A stretch of 64,000 bases of DNA from an uncultured delta proteobacterium (lineage in GTDB: Bacteria; Myxococcota_A; Polyangia; Fen-1088), in contig CAVYGB010000004.1 in assembly GCA_963767925.1 (NCBI GenBank), forward strand, positions 1 to 64,000. Reading direction: 5' to 3'. Of this stretch, positions 28,875-38,100 are shown in pieces (position 1 is the stretch's first letter; each line of letters starts with the position of its first letter). Both the position numbers and the translations under genes were made by a program. Under the pieces are notes generated by a model that did not search any database, was not told the origin of the DNA, and saw only the letters and a list, made by a program, of their open reading frames with translations.

Positions 28875-29240
28875 TCACTTGATCGAGACGCTGAAGTAGT
28901 GGACGGGCTTGCTTCCGTTGTTGACCAGGGTGGGGGCGATCTCCCCCTTCTTGTGCCACACCACCGCGCCGGGGAGGCGATGGCGGGGCTCGGTCTTGCC
29001 CTCGGGCGTGACCGCCTGGTAGCGCGACTCCGCGTAGAACAGCACCAGCTCGTCGGTGTCGCGCGTGCGGGTCGGGCGGGAGGCGCCGGGGGCCAGGGTG
29101 ATCTCCTTGACCGCCACCCGCGCGTTCTCGAACGTGACCCTGGTGGCGGGATCGGCGGGCTTTTCAGCCAGCGCCAGACCGGTCAGGGTCCCGCTGCCGA
29201 AGAGCACGGCCGCCAGCATCGGGCGATATATCGGCTTCAT
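28875..29240 (-). CDS. Secreted cupin-like small protein
   Basis: Signal peptide; FENARV.V....L.PG...PG.V.W...G....L.N pattern; canonical metal-binding His residues not evident. Confidence 0.6.
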   Translation of the reverse strand: MKPIYRPMLAAVLFGSGTLTGLALAEKPADPATRVTFENARVAVKEITLAPGASRPTRTRDTDELVLFYAESRYQAVTPEGKTEPRHRLPGAVVWHKKGEIAPTLVNNGSKPVHYFSVSIK

Positions 29241-29291
29241 CGGGGGCAACCTTAGCACCGCGCTGCCCCCGGACGAGCCAGGCCGGCGCGG

Positions 29292-29903
29292 TCAGGGCCG
29301 GGGTGCGGGCGCGGGGGCGGCAGGGGGCGGCGGATACTGGGGATAGCTTGCCGGCGCGACCGGCGGCGCGCCCTGACCCTGGTAGGGCGCCGGGGCGGGA
29401 GCCGGGTAGGGCTGCTGCGGATACGGTTGCGCAGGGTAGGGTTGCGGGGGGTAAGGCTGCTGGGGGTAGGGCTGCTGCGGCGGATAGCCGGGCGGCGGCG
29501 CCTGCGGAGGCCCGTAGGGCTGGGCGGGCGGGGCGAAGGCGGCGGGAGTCGGGCCTGCGGCGCCGGGGCCGGTGCACTGATAGTGGAGGCGCCACTCGGT
29601 CATGTTGGTGGTCTTGCTGCCACCATCTTTCACCACGGTGCCCTGCTTGGTCTTGCGGATCTCGTCGGACTCCTGGGTCTGCGAGCCGACCACGGTCTCG
29701 CCCTCCTGGAAGATCGTGTACGCGCCCGGCCCACAGTGGGACGCCATGTTGACGTGGGCGTTTTGCATGGCCTTTTGCCGGTCGAAGCCGACCAGGGCGA
29801 GCACACCGCCGTACTGGTTGCGCTCGACCAGCCGGGACGTGCCGCATGCGCCGGCGCCGAGCACGCCGAGCAGGAGGAGGCACAGGGGGTTTGGTCGTGG
29901 CAT
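29292..29903 (-). CDS. Hypothetical lipoprotein with Pro/Gln/Tyr-rich C-terminal tail
   Basis: Lipobox GAGAC; tandem QQPYP-type repeats. Confidence 0.7.
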   Translation of the reverse strand: MPRPNPLCLLLLGVLGAGACGTSRLVERNQYGGVLALVGFDRQKAMQNAHVNMASHCGPGAYTIFQEGETVVGSQTQESDEIRKTKQGTVVKDGGSKTTNMTEWRLHYQCTGPGAAGPTPAAFAPPAQPYGPPQAPPPGYPPQQPYPQQPYPPQPYPAQPYPQQPYPAPAPAPYQGQGAPPVAPASYPQYPPPPAAPAPAPRP

Positions 29904-30086
29904 CGGCAAGCCTTTCGTGAAGGGAGGCGGGTGGCGGAGGCGGGAAGGTGAACGCGGGGACATTAGCCCGGGTCTCCCGGACGCGGCAATATGTCTCGTC
30001 CCGGGCCGCCCCGGCACCTGGCTGCGCTGTGCGCCCGGCTGCACGGCGCGCCGGCCCCCCGCGGAGGGGGGCCCAGACCCCGGTGA

Positions 30087-31991
30087 TCAGGGAGACGGAG
30101 CGACGGGGCGGAGGCGGAGGGTGAAGGAGAGGGGGCGGCCCGGTTGCAGCGTGACCTCCTTGCTGGTCGCGAGTCGGACCAGCAGGGGGATGCCGCCGCG
30201 GGCGCCGCGGCCGAGGGGGCCGTTGCCGGTCGCCTCGAGCGAGACGGCGAGGGGGACGCTCGCCCGATCCAGGGACACCTCGAGCACGCCGTCGGGACCC
30301 TCGAAGCGGTCGATGCGCCGGCCGCCCTGCAGGCGGGTGGTCACCTGGCCGCCGGTGCTGGGGACGAACAGGCGCAGGGCGCGCAGGGGGGTGGGGCGGG
30401 CGGCCTGGATGGTCTCGCTGCGCACGAGGGCGTCCCCCTCCACCGTCCAGCGGACCTCGCTGATCAGCCCGGCGTCGATCGGGCGCGCCGGCTCGCCCCC
30501 GACCAGGGCGTGGCGCCGCCACACGGCGCGCAGGCGGCGGCCTCCGGGGTCGGGGTGGATCTCGTCGGCGCCGTCGCTGGCCACCAGCACGCGCCCGTCG
30601 CCGAGCTCGAGGTGTGGCACCAGGGCGGGGGCGAGCTGCTCGACCGGGACTGCGAATCCGGGCAGGGCGTGGGGGGCGGCCAGGTAGTCGGCGATGCCGC
30701 CGCGCGGACCGGTTGTGAAGGGCAGGGCGAAGCGCAGGGCGCCCTGCCGGTAGAGCCACACCCCGGCGGGCCGGGCGCCGCGCCGGAACCACTCGAAGCG
30801 GGCCACCGCCGGCAAGGTCGGCTGCGCGGGGAAGGTCGTCACCTTCTCGGTGCGCAGCGCTGCCGCGAGCAGCCCGAGCGAGTGGGCCGCCTTGCCGAGG
30901 TAAGAGGTGGTCTGCTGCCACTGGCGGGCAGGGGTCATGTAGTTGTAATTGCCCCGGCCGAAGCCGAACATGTCGAGCAGGTGGCGGTCGCGCTGGTAGT
31001 CCTTCTGCAGCCAGGTCCAGGCCGCCTGGTACAGCGCCGCGAGCTGGGCCAGGGGGGCCGGGCGGAACTGGGGGTGGCGGGCTAGAAAGGCCACGATCTC
31101 CAGGCTGTCCATGTAGCTGATGGCGCCGATGGTGCGGCCCCAGGGGTAGCCGCAGCCGTCGGGCGAGGCCAGATCCCACCAGGTGCGGAACACCGCCCGC
31201 AAGCTGGGCTCGACGGCCTTCTGGATGTCCTGGCGCCCGAGGATCTGCGCCGCCTCGTACACGAACCGGGCGTACTCCTGCGAGTAGCGGTCGTAGCGGC
31301 CGGTGGGCAGCGAGTCGTCGGTGTAGAGCTCACCGCGCAGGAACTGGCCGGCCGCCCGCTCGAGCAGGTCGTCGACGAAGGCCCGCTCGGTGATGAGGCC
31401 CATCTCGTGGTCGAGGGCGACGATGCGGGCGGCCACCCCGAAGTAGTTCTCGGGCAGGTTGATCACCTGGCGCTTCTCGCGGTCGTAAAAGCGCCCCGGG
31501 TCGAGCAGCGATCGCCAGGCGGTCTGCTCGGCGGGGGCGAGGCTCTGCCAGAGGGCGTTCTTGCTCAGATCGGCCCCGAACCGGCGCAGCGACAGGGCGG
31601 CCCCGAGCTGGGCGAAGGTCTTGCCGCCGAGGCGCGCCTCGATCAGCCCGAGCTTGCCGAGCAGGCGGGCGACGTCCTGGCCGGCCAGGGTGCGCTGGTT
31701 CGACAGGGCGCTGACGTCGGTGATGGCCCGCATGAACGAGCCCCAGGTGAAGTCGCCGCCGGTCGGCACGCCGAGCACGGTGGGCTGGGGTGGGTCGAGG
31801 GTCTTGACCGCCTGGATGTGGGCCGCGATCTCCCCCTCGAGAAAGCGGGTCGACTCGGTCACGAAGCGCTCGGCCGGGATCTCCGCCGCGCGGGCTGTCC
31901 CGCCGGCGAGCAGCGACGACAGCGCCAGCGCGACGGGCAGCAGGCGGGCGAGCTTTTTCGGCGCGGGGGCCAGGCCGCGGTTCGTTGTCAT
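30087..31991 (-). CDS. Secreted hypothetical protein (634 aa)
   Basis: Signal peptide ending ARA; long ORF with natural, aromatic-rich composition; no family recognised. Confidence 0.7.
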   Translation of the reverse strand: MTTNRGLAPAPKKLARLLPVALALSSLLAGGTARAAEIPAERFVTESTRFLEGEIAAHIQAVKTLDPPQPTVLGVPTGGDFTWGSFMRAITDVSALSNQRTLAGQDVARLLGKLGLIEARLGGKTFAQLGAALSLRRFGADLSKNALWQSLAPAEQTAWRSLLDPGRFYDREKRQVINLPENYFGVAARIVALDHEMGLITERAFVDDLLERAAGQFLRGELYTDDSLPTGRYDRYSQEYARFVYEAAQILGRQDIQKAVEPSLRAVFRTWWDLASPDGCGYPWGRTIGAISYMDSLEIVAFLARHPQFRPAPLAQLAALYQAAWTWLQKDYQRDRHLLDMFGFGRGNYNYMTPARQWQQTTSYLGKAAHSLGLLAAALRTEKVTTFPAQPTLPAVARFEWFRRGARPAGVWLYRQGALRFALPFTTGPRGGIADYLAAPHALPGFAVPVEQLAPALVPHLELGDGRVLVASDGADEIHPDPGGRRLRAVWRRHALVGGEPARPIDAGLISEVRWTVEGDALVRSETIQAARPTPLRALRLFVPSTGGQVTTRLQGGRRIDRFEGPDGVLEVSLDRASVPLAVSLEATGNGPLGRGARGGIPLLVRLATSKEVTLQPGRPLSFTLRLRPVAPSP

Positions 31992-32019
31992 GGGCCTTCG
32001 CTATCATGAGCCCCGGGCC

Positions 32020-32607
32020 ATGCCCCGCCTTTTCGTCGCCCTCGACCTGGCTCCCTCGCCCCGCGCGGCGCTCGCCGCCCTGTGCGCGGGGATCCCTGCT
32101 GCGCGCTGGGTGCCGCCCGAGCAGCTCCACGTCACCTTGCGCTTCCTCGGCCAGGTCGCCGACGATCGGGTGGCCGGCTTGCAGGCGGCGCTCGCCGGGG
32201 TGGGGGCGGCCGGCTTTCAGGTGGAGGTGCGCGGCGTGGGCCTGTTTCCGCCCGCTCCCACGCGGCGCAAGCCGGCGCGCGTCCTGTGGGCGGGCCTCGA
32301 CCCGACCGCGCCGGTCGCCGCGCTGAAGGTCGCGGTCGACGCCGCCCTCGCGCCGGTGGTGGGGCCCGATCCCGAGGCGGCGGAGCGCGCGTTTTCGCCG
32401 CACGTGACGCTGGCCCGCTTCAAGGATCCGCCCGAGCCGACCGCGCTGGCCGACTTTCTCGCCCGGCACCGCGCCCTGGCGAGCGCGGCCTTCGCCGTCG
32501 CGGCGTTCACTCTGTACCAGAGCCGCACTTCGCCCGCGGGCTCGGTCTACACCGCTCTGGCGCGCTACCCGCTGGCCGGTGCGAGCGGGGCAGGCGGGCG
32601 CGGATGA
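32020..32607 (+). CDS. thpR: RNA 2',3'-cyclic phosphodiesterase (2H phosphoesterase)
   Basis: RLFVAL start; two HxT motifs (HVTLRFLG, PHVTLAR); ARVLWAG. Confidence 0.92.
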   Translation: MPRLFVALDLAPSPRAALAALCAGIPAARWVPPEQLHVTLRFLGQVADDRVAGLQAALAGVGAAGFQVEVRGVGLFPPAPTRRKPARVLWAGLDPTAPVAALKVAVDAALAPVVGPDPEAAERAFSPHVTLARFKDPPEPTALADFLARHRALASAAFAVAAFTLYQSRTSPAGSVYTALARYPLAGASGAGGRG

Positions 32608-33148
32608 GCTGGCGGGCGCGCAGCAGGCGGGTGCCGACGGTGCCGAGGGGGATGCCCAGGCGCGCGCTGATCTGCTGGTAGGGCAGCTTCTCGATGGCCC
32701 ACAGCCAGAAGGTCTCGCCGAGGGCGGGGGGCAGCTCGCCGGCGATCTGGCGCAGGTCGCGCCGGTCGAGATCGGGCGGGGCCGGCTCCTCGTCGCCGGG
32801 GGGCGGCACCGCGGCGGGGCCGAGGGCGGCGTAGGCCTCGTGCAGGTCGCGTCGGCGGCGGTGGCGGCGGGTCTCGTCCACCGCCAGCCGGTAGAGCACG
32901 GTGCGCATCCAGGCGGTGGCGCTGCCCCCGGAGGGGAAGCGCTCGCAGGCGGTCATCGCCCGCAGCGCCGCCTCCTGCAGGAGGTCGTCGGCGCCGGCCT
33001 GGTCGCGCGACCAGCGCCGGGCCACCGCCCGCAAGGCGGTCATCGCCTCGGCCACCTCGGCCCCTCTCCCCTTCTCTGCCCGCGGCGCGAGCCGCATCGA
33101 ACATGCGTTGGACATGACACCACTCCCGCTTGCCGGTCCTGATTCCAC
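32507..33148 (-). CDS. ECF sigma factor 2 (start uncertain; 3' end overlaps thpR convergently)
   Basis: Region 2 ADDLLQEAALRA...AWMRTVLYRLAVD; region 4 LPYQQISARLGIPLGTVGTRLLRAR. Confidence 0.85.
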   Translation of the reverse strand: MESGPASGSGVMSNACSMRLAPRAEKGRGAEVAEAMTALRAVARRWSRDQAGADDLLQEAALRAMTACERFPSGGSATAWMRTVLYRLAVDETRRHRRRRDLHEAYAALGPAAVPPPGDEEPAPPDLDRRDLRQIAGELPPALGETFWLWAIEKLPYQQISARLGIPLGTVGTRLLRARQLIRARLPRSHRPAGSAPERCRPSPRAKCGSGTE

Positions 33149-33161
33149 GACGGCGTTACGG

Positions 33162-33196
33162 GGAGGAGGTGCGCGGGAGCGGTCGACCGTTACAGC
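33162..33196 (-). promoter_or_regulatory. Putative ECF promoter GCTGTAACG-N16-CACCTCCTCC upstream of ECF sigma 2
   Basis: Both boxes and the spacing are identical to the site at 37388-37422. Confidence 0.7.
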
Positions 33197-33212
33197 GAAA
33201 TCGACAGGCCCG

Positions 33213-35765
33213 TCACAGCGAGCTGCGCAGGCGCGGCTCGCCGGTGGCGCCGGGGCCGAGGTAGGCCTGGAAGGCGGCCCAGTGGTAGGGCGTGCGCCAG
33301 GGGCCGGTCGATCGCAGCAGGCCGAGCTGGGCGGTGCGCAGGGCGACGGCGGGGTCGGCGCCGCGGGCGATCTCGGCGTACATGTGGTCCATCAGCGCGG
33401 CGGTCGAGGGGTCGGCCACGTCCCACAGGCCGGCCACCACCTGGCGGGCGCCCGCGCTGAGAAAACCCCAGGCGAAGCCGACCAGCCCCTCGCCCGAATA
33501 GGCCCGGGCCCCCGCGCCCCGGCAGGCCGAGACGGTGACCAGGTCGGCGGCCAGCGGGACGCGGAGCACGTCGCGCACCGAGAGGCGGTGGCCGCTGACT
33601 CCCCGGGACAGCACGATGGTCGAGTCGAGCGGGCTGGCCGGGTTGGCCACCGCGTGGGCGGCGAAGTGCACGATGGAGAAGCGGTGGGGATCGCTCTCCC
33701 GGTAGGCCTCGGGGCGGGCCTGGCTGCCGGCGAGGGTGGTGACCGCGGCGGCGCCGAAGTGCTGGCGGAGGGCGGCGAGCTCGCGGCCGGCGTGGGGCAG
33801 GCGGGGAAACTCCGGGCCCGAAGCCTCGGGATCGCCGATGGCCAGCAGGCTGGGGGCGCCGGCGGGGCGGGCGCTGGCCTGGGCGCCGCTGTCTTGGTCG
33901 CCGCTGTGGCCGGCGATGGCGGTCAGCGAGGGGGCCAGCAGCAGGCTCACCTCCTCGATCCAGAAGCGGGGCGGGTCGCCCGGGACAACGAGGGCGCCGA
34001 AGGGGACGGCGTGCAGGGGGCCGTCGGCGGCGATCACGACCTTCGATCCGGGCGGAACCTGCGCGGCCAGCGGGCGCACCACGAGATCGTAGAGGGCCTG
34101 GGCGGGGGAGCGGGCGAGGGTGCGGGGGTCGCGCAGGCTCTGCTCGATGAAGGTGCGGTAGGCCTCGACGGCGCGGGTCAGCTCCCGCTCGGGCGGCAGG
34201 TGGTGCAGGTGCGCGCCGCGGGGGTCGACCACCCAGGCGTAGGAGCGTTCGGGCCCCACCCAGTAGGAGATGAAGACCTCGCCCCGGCGGCGGGAGCGCA
34301 GCCGGGGCTCGGCGGCGCCGGGGCGGGCCGGACGGTCGGGCTTGCCCAGCCGCTCGGACAGGACGCGGGCCCGCGCCAGCTCCACCGCGGCGAGGGCCTC
34401 GTCGATGCGGCCGCGCTGGATCAACCACTCGACGTGGGCCCGGTGCAGGCCGATCAGGCGGTGCAGGAAGGTGAGCCGGTGCTCGACGCCGCCGAGGTCG
34501 GCGCGCGCCTCCTCGATGTCGGCCAGCGCCTGGCCGAAGGCGCGTTCGGCCTCGGCGTGACGGCCCTGGGCGGCATAGATCCCGGCCAGCTCGGCCCGGG
34601 CCACCCAGCGGATGCCCTTGCGGTCGGCCACCTGGGCCAGCAGATGGAGGAACAGGCGCTCGGCCCGGGCCAGATCGCCCCGGCCGCGAGCGATGGCCGC
34701 GTCGTTGAGCGCGACGTAGTGGAGCTGATCGGCCCGGCCGTCTTGCCGCCAGAGCTGGCCGGCCTCGCCGTTGAAGCGGCTGGCCGCCTCCCAGCTCTCG
34801 AGGGCCACGTGGGCCGAGGCGAGGTTGCTGGCCCAGCGGGCGGCAGCGCGGGGCTCGTGTTGCCGGGCCAGGGCCAGCGCCCGCTCGAAGTGGGCGGCGG
34901 CCTGCTGCCAGTCGCCGGCGAGGTAGTAGCTGTTGCCCAGCGATCCCAGGGTGTCGGGCAGGCTGGCGTGAAGGGGCAGCCGCTGCTGGATGGCGGCGGC
35001 CTCCTCCAGCAGGCGGCGCGAGCGCTCGAAGTCGCCCAGGCGGTAGTGGCAGATGCCGGCGTTGAGCAGGGCGCGCGCGGTGAGGGCCTCGGCCCCCAGG
35101 CGGCGCGCGTCGGCCAGCGCGGGCTCGAGGAAGGTGAGGGCCTCCACCCAGCGCTCGCGCTTGAGGGCGAGAAAGCCGAGGGTGATCAGCGCGGCCGCCC
35201 GCCAGCGGGCGCCCTCGGGGGCTGCCGTCTCCATGTCGATGACCGCCCGGCTGCGGGCCTCGGCCTCGGGGTAGCGCCCCTGCTCGGCCAGCAGGGTGGC
35301 CTGGCGGTAGGTGATCTCGATGGGCAGGGCGGGGGCGGTGGCGGCCCGGGCCAGCCGGGCGGCGCTCTGGTAGCGGCGGTCGGCCTCGGCCCGATCGCGC
35401 AGGCGGGCGGCGGTCTGCCCCAGGACCTTCTCTCGCCGGGCCTCCAGCTCCCCGCCGGTCAGCGGGGCGGGCAGCGGCTCGGCCAGGGCCTGGCGGGCGG
35501 CCGGGGCCTGGCCCAGCTCGACGAGGACCTCGGCCTCCAGCAGGCGCAGGCGCCAGCCGCGGGCGTCGAGGGGGTCGACCTGCTTGCGGTCGAGGGCCTG
35601 GCGCACGTGGGCCCGGGCGGCGACAACGCGGCCGCTCTGAGCCAGCGCCTCGGCCTCGACGTATGCCTTGTCGAGGTCGACCCCGCCGCAGGCGGCGGTC
35701 AGGGCGGCGGCGAGCGCCAGCAGCACGTGGGCGGAGAGCGCCCCGATCGGGCTGCGGGGCCGCAT
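33213..35765 (-). CDS. TPR-CHAT (caspase-like, clan CD) protease, possible lipoprotein
   Basis: Hydrophobic N-terminus ending LTAAC; multiple TPR-like helices; CHAT motifs ADGPLHAVPF.AL, IVHFAAH (His), LVTVSAC (Cys), GLWDV.D, WAAF. Confidence 0.9.
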   Translation of the reverse strand: MRPRSPIGALSAHVLLALAAALTAACGGVDLDKAYVEAEALAQSGRVVAARAHVRQALDRKQVDPLDARGWRLRLLEAEVLVELGQAPAARQALAEPLPAPLTGGELEARREKVLGQTAARLRDRAEADRRYQSAARLARAATAPALPIEITYRQATLLAEQGRYPEAEARSRAVIDMETAAPEGARWRAAALITLGFLALKRERWVEALTFLEPALADARRLGAEALTARALLNAGICHYRLGDFERSRRLLEEAAAIQQRLPLHASLPDTLGSLGNSYYLAGDWQQAAAHFERALALARQHEPRAAARWASNLASAHVALESWEAASRFNGEAGQLWRQDGRADQLHYVALNDAAIARGRGDLARAERLFLHLLAQVADRKGIRWVARAELAGIYAAQGRHAEAERAFGQALADIEEARADLGGVEHRLTFLHRLIGLHRAHVEWLIQRGRIDEALAAVELARARVLSERLGKPDRPARPGAAEPRLRSRRRGEVFISYWVGPERSYAWVVDPRGAHLHHLPPERELTRAVEAYRTFIEQSLRDPRTLARSPAQALYDLVVRPLAAQVPPGSKVVIAADGPLHAVPFGALVVPGDPPRFWIEEVSLLLAPSLTAIAGHSGDQDSGAQASARPAGAPSLLAIGDPEASGPEFPRLPHAGRELAALRQHFGAAAVTTLAGSQARPEAYRESDPHRFSIVHFAAHAVANPASPLDSTIVLSRGVSGHRLSVRDVLRVPLAADLVTVSACRGAGARAYSGEGLVGFAWGFLSAGARQVVAGLWDVADPSTAALMDHMYAEIARGADPAVALRTAQLGLLRSTGPWRTPYHWAAFQAYLGPGATGEPRLRSSL

Positions 35766-35769
35766 CGTT

Positions 35770-36636
35770 TCAGACTCCGTCTGAGCCGCCGAACACTGGC
35801 TGTCCGTTGTCGTCGACGTCGCCCATCACGGCGCTGCCGTCGGCGGGGCAGCCGAGCTGGATCCGGATCAGCGTCAGGCGGCGCGAGTCGGGATCGATCA
35901 GCATCTCGCCGAAGTAGACCTGACCGATCTCCGGGAGGTACGCCCCGTTGGAGCGCCGCTTGCCGCCGCGCTGCTCGACGATGGTGTGGCCGCCCCACTT
36001 CAGGCTTCTGACGATGTGCAGGGCGATCCGCTTGCCGGCCGCGGCGGAGTCGCCCTTCTGCAGGCGGGAGTGGGGCAGGAGGTACGACTCTCCCTCGCCG
36101 CTGTTCACGAAGTCGACGACCTGCTCGTAGGTGTCGTCCTTGCGGAACAGGTCGGGCGCGAGCTCGAGCTCGAGCGGCTCGTCCTGGAAGGCCACGCCCT
36201 CGAGCACCGGGCGCGCGAGGGTGAAGCGTTCGGGGGCGCTGGGGGTGGTGCGCGAGGCGAGGGAGGTGATCTCGGCCGAGCACTGCTGGATCGAGAGCTT
36301 CTCGAACAGCCCGAGGTAGACGTCGGCCGTGCTGGCGGCGGCGCGGGTGGTGACCTGCTCGTCGGCGAGGCGGAGGCTCACCTCGGCCCGGGCCCAGGCG
36401 CAGGAGGCGAGGGACTGGCCCCGGTACATCGTGTTGAGCCGGGTGCGGGTCGTGGAGGCGCGGCCTCCGTTGAGGGGCAGCGAGCAGGAGACCCCATCGA
36501 GGGGGACGTTCACGGGCAGGTGGGCGTCGCGGCCGGGGCGATCGGCCACCCGGTCGACGTGGCCGGCGAGGGCGACGGCGCTGGCGTGGCCGAGGTACGG
36601 CGGCGAGGCGTACTGCCGGGGATTCTTCTTGCTCAC
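35770..36636 (-). CDS. Hypothetical protein (288 aa) between anti-sigma and CHAT protease
   Basis: Co-oriented; 4-bp gap to CHAT; protein-like composition; no signal peptide. Confidence 0.8.
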   Translation of the reverse strand: MSKKNPRQYASPPYLGHASAVALAGHVDRVADRPGRDAHLPVNVPLDGVSCSLPLNGGRASTTRTRLNTMYRGQSLASCAWARAEVSLRLADEQVTTRAAASTADVYLGLFEKLSIQQCSAEITSLASRTTPSAPERFTLARPVLEGVAFQDEPLELELAPDLFRKDDTYEQVVDFVNSGEGESYLLPHSRLQKGDSAAAGKRIALHIVRSLKWGGHTIVEQRGGKRRSNGAYLPEIGQVYFGEMLIDPDSRRLTLIRIQLGCPADGSAVMGDVDDNGQPVFGGSDGV

Positions 36637-36669
36637 GGGGCACCCCTTCGTTCAGGTCGGGGTTCGCGC

Positions 36670-37377
36670 TCAGGGTCGGGTGAGCGCGAACGGGTAGGCC
36701 ACTTGCTCGAACGTCCGACCGGTGGTTTGTTCCATCGTCGGGACGGAAATCACGAGGTGGTACCGACCCGGGGCCAGCCTCGCGACAGGGAGCTGGATCA
36801 GGAGCGGCTCGCCCGCGCCGGGCGGCGCGAGGTCGAAGGGCGCGAGCACCGCGTGACCCGCGCCATCGCGCAGCTCGCCCCGAAGGGTCGACGCGTCCGG
36901 CTGGTCGGGCGGCAGCTCGAGGGCCAGGGTCAGCGTGCGGTCGTGAGGGCCGAGGGCGATGAGACGGCCCTCGCCGCGGGTGAGCGGGCGCAGGACGAAG
37001 GGGGAGACGGTGCGCGGCGACTCCAGGCCGGCGATCTCCTGGCGCAGCTCGGGGATCACCCCGAAGCGCTGGTGGGCGGCGAGCGCGATGAGGGGCAGCG
37101 CGGCCAGCGCGGCCGCGCGCACCGCGAAGCCGCGCAGGCTGGCGGGCAACCTGCGTCGCCGCGCCGGCGCCGCGACGCTCGGACCGGGGGCGGGGCGTCC
37201 GGCTCCAGCGAGGATCGCGCGCGCGCCGTCGACGAAGGCCGACGCGGCGAGCACGTCCTCGGCGCAGGTGGGGCACTCGAAGTAGTGGACCTCGAAGTCA
37301 GCGCGCTCGGCCTCGGTCAGCTCGCCGAGGACGTAACGCTCGGCCAGCGCGGGGTGGGCGGCGGGGTCGTGCGACAT
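36670..37377 (-). CDS. zf-HC2 anti-sigma factor with transmembrane helix and extracytoplasmic domain
   Basis: YVLGEL...FEVHYFECPTC (HxxxCxxC); TM AAALAALPLIALAA; ATG 37377 preferred because the promoter motif overlaps ATG 37413. Confidence 0.88.
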   Translation of the reverse strand: MSHDPAAHPALAERYVLGELTEAERADFEVHYFECPTCAEDVLAASAFVDGARAILAGAGRPAPGPSVAAPARRRRLPASLRGFAVRAAALAALPLIALAAHQRFGVIPELRQEIAGLESPRTVSPFVLRPLTRGEGRLIALGPHDRTLTLALELPPDQPDASTLRGELRDGAGHAVLAPFDLAPPGAGEPLLIQLPVARLAPGRYHLVISVPTMEQTTGRTFEQVAYPFALTRP

Positions 37378-37387
37378 GGGTGCCGCT

Positions 37388-37422
37388 GGAGGAGGTGTTC
37401 CGTCACCCGGCATCGTTACAGC
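37388..37422 (-). promoter_or_regulatory. Putative ECF promoter GCTGTAACG-N16-CACCTCCTCC upstream of the anti-sigma
   Basis: Identical boxes and spacing to 33162-33196; -35 contains the AAC typical of ECF promoters. Confidence 0.7.
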
Positions 37423-37507
37423 CCTCGCATAAAATGGCGCCGGGCACCGGGGGTCACCCGGTTGCCCGCGGTCGGATTCGCACCCATCGCGCTTCCATCC
37501 AGCTCCC

Positions 37508-38089
37508 TCACCGCGGCTCCTCGACCTGAGCGCCGCCGGCCAGCAGCTTGCCGAAGCGGCGCCGGGCCCGGTGCAGCAGCACCCGCAGATGATCGCGGGT
37601 GACGCCGAAGCGCCGGCAGACGGCGTCCTTGTCCGAGTCGAGCAGCAGCACCAGCTCGAGGATCTCCCGGTCGCGGGCGGGCAGGGCGTCGAGCACCACC
37701 CGGGCGGCCTCCAGCGACCGGCGGGCGCCGGCCCGGGCCTCGGGGTCGTCGGGGGAGCGCTGCTCGAGGCGGGCCGCCTCGACCGGTTGCAGGCGGGCGG
37801 CGCTGCGGGTGGTCTCGCGCAGCACGTTTTCGCACACCCCGATCACGAAGGCGCTGAAGCGGTCGCTCTCACGCAGGCTGCCAGAGCGGACGGCCGTCAG
37901 GACGCGGGTGAAGGTCTCCTGCACGACGTCCCGCACGCGATCCTCGGGGAAGCTGCGCCGGCGGGTGCGCACCAGGGCGCTCAGCAGTCGGCCGTAGTGC
38001 TCGCCGAAGTGGCGTTCGGTGGCGGCGTCACGTTCGGCCAGGCGTTGCAGGTAGTCGCCGCCGCTGTTGCTGTTGGCCTCCGGGGTCAC
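37508..38089 (-). CDS. ECF sigma factor 1
   Basis: RDVVQETFTRV...AFVIGVCENVLRE; region 4 LPARDREIL...HLRVLLHRARRRF. Confidence 0.9.
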   Translation of the reverse strand: MTPEANSNSGGDYLQRLAERDAATERHFGEHYGRLLSALVRTRRRSFPEDRVRDVVQETFTRVLTAVRSGSLRESDRFSAFVIGVCENVLRETTRSAARLQPVEAARLEQRSPDDPEARAGARRSLEAARVVLDALPARDREILELVLLLDSDKDAVCRRFGVTRDHLRVLLHRARRRFGKLLAGGAQVEEPR

Positions 38090-38100
38090 CGAGCGGCGGC

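Noticed and set aside
20647..36011. Very long alternative ORFs such as 20647..23544 (+, 965 aa), 32901..36011 (+, 1036 aa) and 29164..31179 (-)
   Set aside because: Antisense or off-frame shadows of clear genes in high-GC DNA; no motifs of their own.
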